A stretch of DNA of 64,000 bases from Eutreptiella sp. 'Long Island Sound 2002' (Eukaryota; Protista; Euglenida): assembly GCA_964036045.1 (NCBI GenBank), contig OZ038378.1, positions 167,028,001 to 167,092,000 on the forward strand, read 5' to 3'. The notes under the pieces were generated by a model, which searched no databases, was not told where the DNA came from, and saw only the letters and a program-made list of their open reading frames with translations. The position numbers and the translations under genes were made by a program. Shown one piece after another: positions 1 to 12,446 of this stretch; the first letter of the stretch is position 1, and every line of letters begins with the position of its first letter.

Positions 1-1195
1 ATTGTTCTTGATTGTTAAATGCAGATTCCGGCCTTCCTTTTTACTGGCAACCTGAACACCTCAATCTCCCATGTCAGGTCCAAAGCTGCGTAATACCACC
101 CAGCATCGGCCTCGAGGGGTCCTTGTGGATTCTCTCCTCTGCAGTCCTGCGTGGTGGGCAGTTGCTTCCTGTGGTCTCCAGCTCTGAAATTATTTGTCTG
201 GAAAAATTCTGTCCCAGGGTTTTTGGCAAAGCGCAAGGAGGGGTAAAGAGATGGGGAGGTCGTGGATGCCGCAAGAGGGTGGGCTGAGGAAGGGGAATCT
301 TAAGGGGCATGGATTTTGTTTCTATTTAGAGAGAAAGCTGAGAGATATTAGCAAACCACAGCATCTATTCTCTTGGCATCATTAGTCATTGAACAGTGTT
401 GGTAACTGTGTGCACCTGAGCACAATGGGACCCTTATCACACCTGTTTCTTGAGAGTAAGGACCTCTGCAGTCAAGAGAGCTGGCTTTGAGTCTTCTTAC
501 GAGGGGCAAGGGAAAATGTGACAAACTTCTTTGTACTACATTGCAAAGGATTGTAGAACAACTTTCCTGGGCATATTTTTCTTGACACGTTGTTGCCCCA
601 AATCTGCCCCCCAACGACAACATGTGTTACCATATCAGAAATATTGGGGGGGAGTGGATAAATATTCTGTTGTAAGTCCACGCCTTTCAGTTGTGCACCA
701 CTCCCCATTTTCACATGGAATTTGTACCTCTCTTTCTCACTCAAATACCATGGAGCACCTTCGTGAGTGTTGCCCTTTGCTAAGGAGATGCTCTTTTGAG
801 TTGAGACAAAAACAGTGGACCTCGAATTCAGCAATTTATTGATTCGTATGATTGTTGTTGCTCTTGTTTGGAAAGGCTGGCAACAATGAGTCTCCAATTG
901 GGGATGATACCCCCACCGACGGTGGTGACTGGATAGTAGGCATCCCGGGTCCAACCCTACGCCCAGATGCTGAGGACCGGTTGCACCGGCAGACTTTTGA
1001 TAGGTTTCCCAGACATAGACAAAATGTTCAACCGTTTGACCAATCTCCTCCACCCCATTCCCTCAATTGTTCCTAGTTTTCCCAGTACCCCCCTAGTTCC
1101 CCCCAGTTGCCCCCCATTTTCCCCCATGCCACCCCCCCCCCCCCAACTCCCCCCAGTTCCCCCCACCCCTATTCCCCCATTTTTCGAGGTCTCAT

Positions 1196-1828
1196 GGGGA
1201 GCGTTAGCACGCCGGGCATCTTTTTTGACCCGTGCCCCACCGGTGACCTTTTAGGGGGTGCACTAAGCGCAGTGCGCGCGCATTGCAACTATTTGGACGT
1301 CTAGCCGTCCTAGAACCCCATACTTTGTGATACTATGGGCATTATTGTTGTTTGACAACAGGTATTTTGATGCTTCTTTCACACTCGGTATATGGTATAT
1401 TTGGATTCTCACCCAGTTTCACCGATTTTCTTCCATTTTTTGCTCGTTTCCACCACATCCACTCCTTACTAGGTTGATTTCTCCCCACCATGGGGACCCC
1501 GAGAAGGCAGGGGTGATGTAGTGAATGCTGAGTTTGCGCTTCGTTCTTGTCACGTGAGGCAGAAACGCCGTCCAAACCGCTTGCGGCTTGGGGGCTCATT
1601 GCTATAGCGAGGTTTATGGGAAAGGTAAAGGCAAAGTACCGTTTGTTAAGTACAATACAAATGACATTTGGAGTTGTTGAATTCACAGCTATTGCCTAAT
1701 TATGCAACGTGCTTTGTAGGCGCAGTCCATCATGGTCTATTTGGGGGGCCTTCTCCATCAGAGGGTATATCTGGGGCTGAAGTTGGGATAGTTAATAGAA
1801 AGGTAGCGCACCGGGCAAACATTCCCCC
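1196..1828. mobile_element. Non-autonomous MITE-like element, family A copy 1
   Basis: Aligns by eye along its whole length with 25932-26635. Termini are GGGGA...TTCCCCC. Flanked by a 3-bp duplication (CAT or ATG; register ambiguous). Its left part also shares the 'gcgcagtgcgcg..tgcaactatttgg.cgtctagccgt' block with the elements at 16089 and 21871. Confidence 0.75.
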
Positions 1829-2170
1829 CATGTACATCATGGGTGCGTTGCTGAGTGTCTTACCTGCCACGTGGTCTGGGTACTTTGCAAGACACAGAGT
1901 CAAAAGAAAAAACATGTTGTTGGGGAGGGCGACTCCTTTTTGAATGGGGTGAACTCCCATTCACTCTCAATCATGATTTCAGAATGCTGCATCTCGCATG
2001 CTTAGTTTTTCATCGTGAGCTTTGTTGTATTTGTGACCCAAGAAGCCCACACTGAACAGTGGAAGCAGACACACGCGCGCGCACACACACAGTAGAAAAG
2101 AAACGATGAGATTCTTGAGGAAATGCATATCACCTGGTGATTGAAGACACTGGTCTGGCACATTTCTCAG

Positions 2171-2353
2171 GATGAAGTACAACAGTGGAACGGGGTCGAT
2201 ACGCTCAACGAGTCTGATGTCGCATTCGCCAAGGCAGAGCTTCCTATGGCCATTTTCCGCAACGTTGTCCCTACTGTGCCCGCAAAGCCCCAAGCCAAGC
2301 AGGGTTCCATGATGTATGGCGTTGGATATTGCAGTGCCAAAAAGGCAGAGAAG
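2171..2353 (+). CDS. Probable internal exon of an unidentified multi-exon gene (DEVQQWNGVD...KKAEK)
   Basis: Acceptor tttctcag|, donor aag|gtttca, phase 0 at both ends, open and protein-like. No recognisable family. Confidence 0.55.
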
Positions 2354-2640
2354 GTTTCAATCCACGTTGCAGCTGAAATCTGATCAACCTTCACCCTTGT
2401 GTTAGAACGGCCGATCCACTTTCGAAGTGTTGATTGCCATTGTAACCGTGTGCAGCAAGATATGGGCTCGGTATTACGGCACGAGCACGCACAAACCTGC
2501 ATGGAATGCTCGAGTGCATTTTACTGGTACGGAAAGCAGCAAGGGCCCGGTCATTCCCCCTCCTTTTCCTGCATTCAAAGAGCCCCCGACAGATAGCAGC
2601 AGGTTTCTACGAATGCCGCTGCAGATGTGACAGTGCACAG

Positions 2641-3060
2641 CCCTTCGCAGTTATGGACATTGATGACCATCGCGTCGTCGATGGATCCTCCATCCAAACG
2701 TGCATCAGATTGAACCTGCAGATCCCGACTGCTTTTCGGGGAAGGGGATACTGCCGTTCATGGAATGGACAACCAGCCTTTGTTGCTCCCAGAAATAGGG
2801 ACACTCGTTGTGCCACTGTAGAATTGTGGAATCGTATGGCCCGTCACGGGACACCCTCCCGCATGTTCCACCGCCAGGTGTTCCTCCACCGGCAGCTCTA
2901 TTTGTTGGTTGGTCTCAAAGGCAAGCCTCATAGCGATTTCCGCGATTACCATTTCGTCACCACGAGCCCCGGAGCCTCCGGCACAGCCCTAAGTGAGGCA
3001 GAGGGACTCGCTGACACCCATACTCACCTTCATTCCCACTCCTACACTGCAGATGTGAAG
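2641..3060 (+). CDS. Probable exon(s) of the same unidentified gene (PFAVMDIDD...SYTADVK); may hide an internal intron
   Basis: Acceptor gcacag| in phase 0, strong donor aag|gtatgc in phase 0, continuous open frame (ORF 2506..3147). Confidence 0.5.
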
Positions 3061-3147
3061 GTATGCGTGTGTGAATCCTGCACGCGCCCGAGAGGCATCT
3101 GTGCTCATCCTCGAGGACCGACCCCTTTTCTATTGGACCTAAAGTAG

Positions 3148-3263
3148 CCCGGCTGTTGCCTTACGCGAACGCGGACGGTCCCTTTGTCCCCTTTTCCACC
3201 CCCTTTGACCTGCACGTGGGATGCTCTGTTGCATGGGGGAATAAGGAGGCTGTCGCTCAGAAG
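3148..3263 (+). CDS. Probable exon (RLLPYANADGPF...EAVAQK); 5' boundary uncertain
   Basis: Donor aag|gtggga in phase 0 matches the next exon. The nearest AG acceptor is not in the phase required, so the 5' boundary is unresolved. Confidence 0.4.
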
Positions 3264-3823
3264 GTGGGAGTATCCGGGGTCGAATACAAAGCCTCTTGTG
3301 TGTATTACACTGTCGCCGGCTTACTCCCTTGTACCCATTCCTTGCACCTGTCCTACCCATCACCATGGCAGTAGTAATCCTATCCTGAAGCCTGCGGGAG
3401 CCCTGGGGTTCTGGTGGCTACGGATACTTGGGTTTCAGCACACGGTGACGATGGTTGCAGAGTAGCACGAGGAATTTCAACCTAACTGCACCCCAAAGGT
3501 TCATTTTTTTTCCTGCGGTGCTGCAGAAAGTCATATTTTCGGCTGCTGGTGGGGAAGGGTTATAGAGGCGCCCCAAACAATTGGGGAGTGGGTCCAGCAG
3601 CGCAGTCTGCGTCAGTATGACGGGGGGCCACCTGCATGCACGGCATTTGACAAGGTGTCCCCCCATGGTCGGCATTGAAGGGTGAAACCCAAACAATAAG
3701 AGTCCCAGGGTTCAATTGACCACATGCAAATACATCGATGAACTGCACACGAGGACGGGGCACGCACGCATGCACGCGCGCGCGCACACACACACACACA
3801 CATACAGGCCCTCTTCTGTGCAG

Positions 3824-3952
3824 CTGGTGACCAACGAAGACCTCAGCAAGGGCAAGGGCGGCAATAAGATGTCCCGTGTGGATCAGCCTGCGTATCTGTG
3901 CGGCTTTGCCCGCCATTTGTGGCCCCTGATGCAGCCGGCGGACAAGAAAAAG
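3824..3952 (+). CDS. Probable exon (LVTNEDLSKGKGGNK...PADKKK)
   Basis: Acceptor ctcttctgtgcag| after a (CA)n tract, donor aag|gtttga, phase 0 at both ends, high GC at third codon positions. Confidence 0.6.
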
Positions 3953-5800
3953 GTTTGATGATTTTTTGAGGCGATAGGCGTGGGCTAGGCAGACGCCAAG
4001 TGGCTGTGTGTACACATGCTTCACATCTTCTTAAAGCATCCAACTGAAGGCTCTGTAGCTCTGTGTGCCCGCAGTGACGGAGGGCATTTGGGGCACCGAA
4101 AGCAGATCACCAGAAGCTGAGTGCGGGGGGTAGGTGATGGTCGAGGCCGCCTGTAGCTTCTCGATTGAGGAGTTTTGCATGTCTCCAGAGCGGGACAAGG
4201 GGCATTCGGTGTCTGTCCTCCCCTGTGCTCCAGCAAACCGATATTGCTAGTGGAAAGCCGCTTTGGCGTGTCGTCCATCCATTTGAGGGAATTAGGGTGC
4301 ACTTCCCATCTCAGGTCTGGAGATCACTGTTCATGCACAGTGGGGTCCACGAGGCGATGGAAGTGTGCCCTGAAGAGCGGACCTCGGTGATGGGGGCAGC
4401 CTCTGATTCTAAGGGCACATGAGGCATGCAGTTCTGCATGTCTGCTGGAGGCGCAGCGGACAATACGGGAGTGACAGACGAGCAGAGTGTGCGGACTTGT
4501 GTGCAGGCCTTGGGGTTGGGGCTTCATTCTCTCAAGATTGCAGGGAGTTGGGGGCCATATTTGTGGACTACCCCAAAATGCAGCCTGGGATCGATGTTCA
4601 AAAAGCAGATCTGCTGAACTCCTTTGATGCTGAACACTGTGAACGGCAAATTTGGACTTTTGCGATGTTGAGATCTTTTGAATTTTGCTCAGGCTGTTGC
4701 CGTTGGTGTGCAATCAGTGGCCCTGAGAGCGTTCCTCTGAATATCGGTTTGTGCAGCTCGTCAGTCTTTATTGGCAAGCCGTATGCCTTTCACTACCCGT
4801 AGATCCGTTGCTGCAGTTGTTGCGTAGCGATTCGGTTTTTTTTGGAAGATTGAGTGGCAGATGGGGTTGTGCAACGAGGCATGATGAGGTGGCGGATTCT
4901 TTGTGCCTGCAACGCTGGTATTGGAGACCAAGCTCCGTCCCGCCACCGAGGAACCAATTTTGATGCGGCACCAACGAACAACTGTTCCTGACACAAGACC
5001 GCACGTTGCGTGTGTGGTACCGAACAATGAATCATATACAAGAACATGTGATGCACAGCATAACGTCCCCCTTGACTCAAAGACCACAAAGCACTAGGAG
5101 GGTGGGGTTCGCCTCTGAGTAAAATCCTCTTGTCCTGTCCCACGTACTGCATCCACCACGTCCCCATTGATGACTTGCCGCCCAGATTCCAAAAGAGAGG
5201 TTTACATGAGGACATAATGTACAGAATGGTGTTCAGAACCTCAAGTACCCTCCAAAACACAAATTCCTGGATGCAATCAACTGTGATGTAACACAACCGC
5301 AAGTCATGAATGTGCAATGTACAATGTACAATGGAATGTTCTGAAAACTCTCATGCCGTCATGTACAATTTGGCACCAAATTATATCAGTTACCACAGTA
5401 GTGCGGTACCTCTGACAAGGGTGGGTGGGTCGATTTTACAACCCAGTGAGTCGCAAGCATCCTTCCAGAACCCAAGTATTCCTCCCCGAAACGTGGATGG
5501 CAAGATATGTTTGAAAGGTCGTTTTCAGGACACGGGATCCACGGGTGTGTGGCCAGGTTGTCTGCAAAGGGGACCTGGATGCACCCCTCTCATCAACTTG
5601 CAGCTTTGGGCACTTGTGTGCCATGTCTGGTGGGAAAGGCATTCGGGTGTAGAACAGGCGTTTTACAGTTTTTGGACCTTTGGCTAAGTCCAAGTTTACA
5701 AATCTTCCATTTTCTTAGAAATGACAGTTGCGGGCTCGGGAGGAGCAGTTGGGTCAGAGCCCTGGGGGCAGGAGGGGCTACTCCCCACTGCCCAGCACAG

Positions 5801-5906
5801 GCTTCATTGTGCGCTATGATGAGTACTATTTGGCCATGCCTATCATCATGTTTCACTCTTTCCGTCCCACCTTCAGCAATACCATCCCGTCAGTAACCTC
5901 CTTTTG
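5801..5906 (+). CDS. Possible further exon (FIVRYDEYYLAMPIIMFHSFRPTFSNTIPSVTSF)
   Basis: cacag| acceptor, GT donor, protein-like translation. Linkage to the upstream exons is not established. Confidence 0.35.
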
Positions 5907-6835
5907 GTCTGTGTGAGGTCAGAGTTGTATTCTTTAACATCGTTCCAGACGTTAGTTTGCCAATGTGGCCTGACAGCCTGATGGATTGTTGACTGCTTTG
6001 GGTGGGAAACAGAACTTCAGCTTATCGGCATGGAAACAGTCTTTCCCTTTGTGCTCCTGTTCGTGGTAGGTGGTCTCAGGTGAAGGGCCCGTTGCTTCCT
6101 TCAAGGCACCAAGGGTGCCGGAAGAAGGTTTTCTTGTGTTGGGAGTTAATGAGTCGGTGCTTGCCTCCCTGGCTGAGCCCCCCACCACCCATTTTGAGTA
6201 GGTCAAGTGCTGTGCCTCAGGCCAAAGTGGGTGCCTGCCTCTTTATTTTGAAACCCCCCCCTGGGGCCCATCACGGGCCCGACCGAAATTCAACAGAACC
6301 CCCAGATCCGTGGTGCCACGTGTGCTGAAGCATTGCGCTCGGAAGCGTCTTGGGGGCTGGCGTTCTTTGATCTTGGGGGCGCCCCGGGCTCGTTCCACGT
6401 GGATGTTCGGCCCCCCGCCCCACCCTCTTGGCTCCTGGAGGGGTCACTCAGGTGGTGTGCCCTCCGAAGCCCTCCGGGGTTTACACGGGCATTGGTTGCG
6501 CACCTCGGGCGTCTCGCCTGGGTACGTCCTGGGGCAGGGTGTGCCCCAGGTCCCCTGCGACTCCCCCAGCGTGAGGGCCCGGCCAGCCGGCAGAACCACC
6601 TGCGCCAACAGGTGCGTTCTGCCCCAGCCATCCCAGTCTCCATGGCAGCCGTGGGATGGTTTTGCAGCATGTCCCTGAGACCTGGGGTAGCGTGACTGAG
6701 CGCATGTCTCCTCCGGTGCGCTCAGCGTAAGGCTCCCCTGCCTCCCTCTGGGGCCTGGGGCACCAGGCAAACACACAACCCCCTGCTACAGAGAGGCAAC
6801 CAACTGTGCTGGCATGCCTTTGCCCACCCCTCCCC

Positions 6836-7030
6836 CAGGGATGTATTAGAAGGGAAGGGACCTCAGAGGTGGCCCCAGAAGCCGTTAGACAGGCGGTCGG
6901 AGGAGGTTGCCAAAGCGGTTGTGGGCAGTTACTGTCGGACACAAATGCCATTGAAGCTGGCACTTGGCGTCAGGGAGACAGTGGCTGGGCGTAGGCTGCC
7001 CCCCCCCCCCCCCTTTCCAATGCATCCCTG
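6836..7030. mobile_element. MITE with hAT-like termini
   Basis: Terminal inverted repeats CAGGGATGTATTAGAAGGG / CCCTTTCCAATGCATCCCTG. The flanking 8-mers ccctcccc / ccctgacc match at 6/8, consistent with a decayed 8-bp TSD. Confidence 0.65.
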
Positions 7031-9327
7031 CCCTGACCCCCTCTCAGCCCACACACGCGCCACATACACTGGCACGGTGCTGTCTCCCTCCGGCGTACGC
7101 CACCGCCGGTTTCGGAGGTGTCTGCAGTCCGGCAGGCCATGTGACCGGGCAACAGGGATCGCCTGGTTGAGTGCTGACCATGGGCCCGGGCGACCGGGGG
7201 AGGCCTTGACCCAACACAACCCAACCCCTGCCCTCTGAACGCCAGCCTGTCAAGTCTATGAGGATTTCGAAACTTTAGCAGTGCAACGACCTCTCCACCC
7301 GTTCCCCCTCCCTCAGGGTCCCCCACCAGCGCTAGGGGCTTTGGGAATATGAATCCAAAATGCCTGGGAAAGAATCTTTCATCGGGGCTGTGACAAACTG
7401 GTCATCTGGGGGCAGCAACTGCCCCTTTGGAGCGCGGTGCTTTGTCTGCCAAATGAGCCTCTGCCGTGTCAGCAGGCGACAGATCAGGCATGCGGCCTTT
7501 GAGTGCAGTTCTAGACTGTGCTTGACCCTCAACCCCTTCGACATGAGTTTGGATGGCACATCCGTACGATGTGCTATTGCTCAATGCACTCAATTGGTAT
7601 CGTACATGCTCCTACCACAAGCTGATTCATGGGCAAATATGTCCCGCCGGTACCGAACATCAAGGGTTGGTAGCGGTGGGGATGTCTCATTAGCACCGGG
7701 GTCTCATCACCACATGCTTACAAAACCGATGATCCCTGGTCCCCATTGCAAAAGGAATGCAATGCAAGTCACGTGCATGGGGAAATATTGATACGGCAAG
7801 CTGAACCCCTAGAGTCATCCATGGTGTCTGTTGAACCAAGCCCTTCTCGGGTGGCAGAGGACAAGTGCAGCTGGGCCTGGGCACCTGGGCATCTTCTCCC
7901 TCTGGCTCAGTCTCGAGCTGGATGCAGGACTGTGTAGGCCCGAATTGTTTGCGTTGTCCAAATTCTATTGAATGGGAATAAGAATTTTTTCGTTTTGCAG
8001 TTCAGAGGGTTAAAAAAATGGTGAAGAAATTTGTGCCGTAGTCAAAAGTAACTATCTTTACCTCAGCGATTCAAGCAAGCTCAACACGAGATGCAACAGA
8101 CACCAGAGGGTTGGCTGGGTCGACGGGAAGAGGCTGGTTCAAGCACGTGGTGCCGCTTGCAAGCACGGCAGCACCCCCGCACCCACAATACGCAACCCGC
8201 CCCTCTGCGCAACTTTTACAGGGCCCTGAACAATCACCTGTCGTTTCTTCCATTCTTGTCAGCCGAGGGGTTTTGCATCCCATGAACGGGCAATACTGGA
8301 GGCCCGACTGCTTCCACAAGAAAACTCGCAGTGTAGGTTTGGAGCGATTCTCTATTGCTGGGACACAGTGATGCAGCGGTCTTGAACCCCATCCTACGGG
8401 GCAGGTCCGCCTCCGCCCAGCAGGGTGATATGGCTGAGGTTGTGTGGACCGTCAGAGGAGGAGGCATGCAGCTCTGATTAGGCGTTGCTTGGGTGAGGTG
8501 TTGGCGGCAATAGATGCACCAATTAGTGCTTTTTCGGTAATTTTTTTTTCATTTGGTCAAGGGCCTGATTGACCCCTATTGTCCATTGTGTATCCGACAT
8601 TTTGCGCCGCAGTCCATCCAAAGTTGTGGATTCTCATAAGGCACCTTTTCATTTGTTTGTTGTTCGATAGTGCAGCCTATCAGAGCCTGGATAGTGTGGC
8701 AGATAAGACCTTCTTCTTGGACTCTGCATGTTTTTTCCCTTCCCATGTGGTGTATTGGCCGGGTAGGCTTCCCCCTGACTCTATGCGGCAGCACTGGGTG
8801 TTGCAGGTAGGCGTGCCTAGTGGCTCACGGGTAGTCAGCGTGGCGGAACAGTACCTCAGCGACGCCTTCCACCAGGATGTTCCTCCCTGGTTCCCTGGTA
8901 AGGATAGTGGTTCAATTGTGATGGGGCATGGGTGCCCCTGGGCACCTTCTCCCCCCTGCTGTATGGGGCTCTAATCCAGAGCACCTGGCTCCATAGTTTG
9001 GGAAAACCCATTGCCCTCTGTGAGCGCACCTTGTCTGGCGAGCATAGCTCGAAGCAGTCTCTGCACACATAACGTTTGTCTGACACCGGCTTGCGACCAT
9101 AAATGACACATTGCTGCTGTAGCTGTGTACGCCCAGACCACCACACCAATAATGCATGGATGTTTCTGGCGGAGGGCCGGCCCACAAAGAGGGCTCCTCA
9201 TGAGCACAGTCCTTGGTCCCAACATCTCTGTATGGCCGTGTTTTCCAGCCGTGACACCAAATGGGACTTCATTCCCTGCCGATTCCACACTTTTGTGCCA
9301 GACATGCCCGCCCCTCACTTTTGAGAC

Positions 9328-11319
9328 ATGCCTGGCGTACAGTCTCTGCCCGGGTCCACGGAGGATTTGCCAAAATCCCGCCGCAGATGCACGCCGAAGA
9401 TGTCCGACATGGATTCTGCCGCTGGGGCGGCCACCGCCAAACAGCAGGACGCTGCGCTCCTGCAAAGGTACCTGGGTGCCGGGGGCGACCCTAACCGCTG
9501 TCAGTCTGCCACCACTCTGTTGTATCATGCTGCCCGATGTGGGGACGCTCAACGGGTGCACATGCTGCTGCAGGCAGGGGCCCAAGCCTCGCTCCTGGTG
9601 CGGGGCCCCAACGGCAACTACCCGTTGCATGCCGCTGCCTTGGCGCGGGCGCCCGCGTGCATCGCGCTGCTGCTGGATGCCCACGCCGCCATTGACCCCC
9701 GGTTCGACGCATGCGCGCAGAAGAACTCCGCCGGGGACTCCCCGTTGGACAGCGCCGCCTCCGACGCCGAGACCTTGCGGGCATTCGACACGTGGTCCCC
9801 TCTGCGGGACGCCGGTCCCATGACCACTGTTCTGGGCCCGCCATGCTACCCCCAGCGCACCGACAAGAGCTCGCTTGTCCACACGCTGTCGACCTCGCCC
9901 CTGATTGGGAACCGCAATCTGCCGTTCAGCCGCCAGGCCGTACCAGTGGACAGCATCGCAGAAAGCATCCTGCAGGAGGAACAGGCCTGCGTGCAGGAGG
10001 ATGCGGCGTATGCCGCGTGGCTGGAACTGCGGGGCCAGTGGATCAGCAAGGAAATCAAGGGCTCGGAGAGTGTCGTCTGGCGGTGCCATGTCCCAGGGGC
10101 TGCGATGGTGGAGGACCTCAGGCACGCCTGGGACACCGGCAGTGACGGCCATCTGTTCCGCAAAGCGATCTCCCTTTACACTGCGCAGTCCTTTCTGTCT
10201 AAGGGCCTCCGCACCGCCACCCACGCACGCGACGACGCGAAGAAGCACTGCGCACCGATCCTCAAGCTTCTGCATGGCGCCCTCCGCTCGTTCCCGATCG
10301 AGCACCGGCACTGTGCTGCGGGGTATCGGAGCGTGAGCCTCTCTGAGACCGAGTACGGCCACTACGCTGCTCCTCCAGCGGACGGGTCGCCCAATTTTTT
10401 CAGTCTCGATGGTTTCATGTCCGTCACGATGTCTGCGGAGGTCGCGGTGGGTCGGCCAGTGGAGTGGAACTGCAATGCGTTGCTCGTCGTCACCCCTGCT
10501 GATCCTGCAGACCCCAACTGCTGCCCAGTGCGGGTTGCGGAAATGTCAGCCTGCCCGCAAGAAGCCGAGGCATTGTATCCCCTTGGACAACAGTTCCGCG
10601 TGACGAACACCAGCACCAAAACGCTCGAGCAGGTGGCGGAATGGCTTTCGGTGCAGTTGCCCTCTGAAGCCGCCCCTGCACTGCAGAAAACCATCTTTGT
10701 GATTGAAATGCACGCAGTAGATGTGTTCTGGGAAATGGCCGATGACGTTTTCAAGAATGGCGTGAACACGCAAGAGGCCTTCGACGCAATGAAAGCGAAG
10801 TGCGATGCGGACGTCGCCACTTATGGAGCGCACGACTGCCGAGTGGCACAGGGCTTGTTTCACATGGGCCGCGTACTTCACTGCATGGCAAATAGACTAC
10901 CGCATGGCCCACACAGTACGCCCCAGCGTATCACCAAGCACAGCGCAGCAGTCGACTCGCTCCAACGAAGTTTGGGCATTCGGAAGGCAGCACTGGGGGA
11001 CGACCACCCGGATGTTGTCGCTACATACACTGAACTTGCTTCTGTGTATGTCTCCCAGGGGGAGCCTGATAAAGCCCTCGACATCTTTCACAGTAGACTG
11101 GACAGAGAACGTGCTGCACTGGGCGATGATCACCTGAGTGTTGCTCTCACTTACAGTGAGCTTGCATCTGTATATTCATCCAAGGGGCAACATACTGCCG
11201 CGCTAGACAAGTACCAAAGGTGTTTGGACATTCGCACGGCAGCACTGGGCAATGCCCACCCAGATGTGATCAACATTTGGGGCAAGATTGCAGCCGTTTA
11301 CGCTGCCATGTTGGCATGA
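9328..11319 (+). CDS. Intronless 663-aa protein: N-terminal ankyrin repeats, R-S-E-clade (cholera-toxin-like) mono-ADP-ribosyltransferase domain, C-terminal kinesin-light-chain-type TPR repeats
   Basis: ANK motifs TLLYHAARCG, NYPLHAAA, GDSPLDSA. ART motifs GY-R334, FM-S365-VT, Q-E412-A-E414-ALYP. 42-aa TPR units with LGDDHPDVVATYTELASVY, LGDDHLSVALTYSELASVY, LGNAHPDV. High GC3. The true start may be a downstream Met. Confidence 0.88.
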   Translation: MPGVQSLPGSTEDLPKSRRRCTPKMSDMDSAAGAATAKQQDAALLQRYLGAGGDPNRCQSATTLLYHAARCGDAQRVHMLLQAGAQASLLVRGPNGNYPLHAAALARAPACIALLLDAHAAIDPRFDACAQKNSAGDSPLDSAASDAETLRAFDTWSPLRDAGPMTTVLGPPCYPQRTDKSSLVHTLSTSPLIGNRNLPFSRQAVPVDSIAESILQEEQACVQEDAAYAAWLELRGQWISKEIKGSESVVWRCHVPGAAMVEDLRHAWDTGSDGHLFRKAISLYTAQSFLSKGLRTATHARDDAKKHCAPILKLLHGALRSFPIEHRHCAAGYRSVSLSETEYGHYAAPPADGSPNFFSLDGFMSVTMSAEVAVGRPVEWNCNALLVVTPADPADPNCCPVRVAEMSACPQEAEALYPLGQQFRVTNTSTKTLEQVAEWLSVQLPSEAAPALQKTIFVIEMHAVDVFWEMADDVFKNGVNTQEAFDAMKAKCDADVATYGAHDCRVAQGLFHMGRVLHCMANRLPHGPHSTPQRITKHSAAVDSLQRSLGIRKAALGDDHPDVVATYTELASVYVSQGEPDKALDIFHSRLDRERAALGDDHLSVALTYSELASVYSSKGQHTAALDKYQRCLDIRTAALGNAHPDVINIWGKIAAVYAAMLA

Positions 11320-12446
11320 AGGCACCACGGCCATGACCCAGGGGTTGGCATGCAAGCAAACATTGGGAAAAAGATAGCACTGCTTCTGCACTGTTTCTGA
11401 AAGTCATGGCGTTCATACGCAATTCCTGCTCCCGACGTAAGCATGCATCCTTTTCATGGTCGTGGATCCGCCGTTTTCCGCCGTTTCTCTTGACCATAGC
11501 ACGTATGCCTTCCCTGTCACTTCAGCGGGGAATGGACATGTGCACAGTTTCCAGAATTCGACACGGTCCTGGTTTGGGCATCAAGAACGCAGTGCTGGGC
11601 GACAATCATGCCATAGTGCTGTCACTGTCATGACTGTCTGCCACAGGGTAGAATCCCCAGGCATCTGTCGTGGCATTGAGCTATTGTCCCATGGCGGTGT
11701 GCAACACTACAAGACATCATGGAGACGAAGCTCCACGTCGCCCTGCTGGCTACTCGCCCTTTTGTTCTTTCAGTCCTTGTGCTCTGGTCAGCCCTGCCCC
11801 TCATGTCAGTTCGACCTGTGGCACCAGTCCAGCTTGCATGGCATGAGTTGGATACGCCCCGCTTGTCATGGACCTCCAGCCATTCTCCGACTACCTTCTC
11901 CTTGCCCATGTTCTGCTGCCTGTTTTGGGGGGACGTCTGAGCCGCTATGCCGGCTGAGGTCTGCAGCTGACCCATATAAACTATGTTCAATGGCCCTACC
12001 AGTCTCTGGCCTGCTGCTTGCATCCCGCCACAGAGCCTCCCGTATGGGGCCAGGTATTGGGTAGCCCGTAGCAGGGCATCAACGAACAAAGAATGCTGGG
12101 TTTCAGTGGACATGCAGGTATGTCGGCCTGGAAGCAACGAGTCGAATCTGTATTGGGGTCGTACACACCACGGCATTTTTTCCGTGAATAAAATTTTCCC
12201 GTTTTTTATTTTGTAAAAAAAAGGGGGGGGGCTCCAGCCGCCGTTTATCACCCTCTTACCGCCGCCAACCGCCTTTGCTGCCCTTTAAGTGCCGCTCAAT
12301 TGTGTGCCTTTATCATACCTGAATCATGCACTGGCTCCGAGACGGCCTGGGTTTTTTGATTTTAATTAAACAAACGTGCTTACACAAACAGAGACACACA
12401 TGTGCACAATCACAGGTGGGAGGGCCAGGGTGGCAGCATATTGTAG

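Noticed and set aside
9313-9325. CACTTTTGAG upstream of the ANK-ART-TPR ATG, resembling the SL 5' end (retrogene mark)
   Set aside because: Too short and gapped. No poly(A) or TSD supports retroposition.
8971-10362. 463-aa minus-strand ORF
   Set aside because: Antisense shadow of the high-GC3 ANK-ART-TPR gene.
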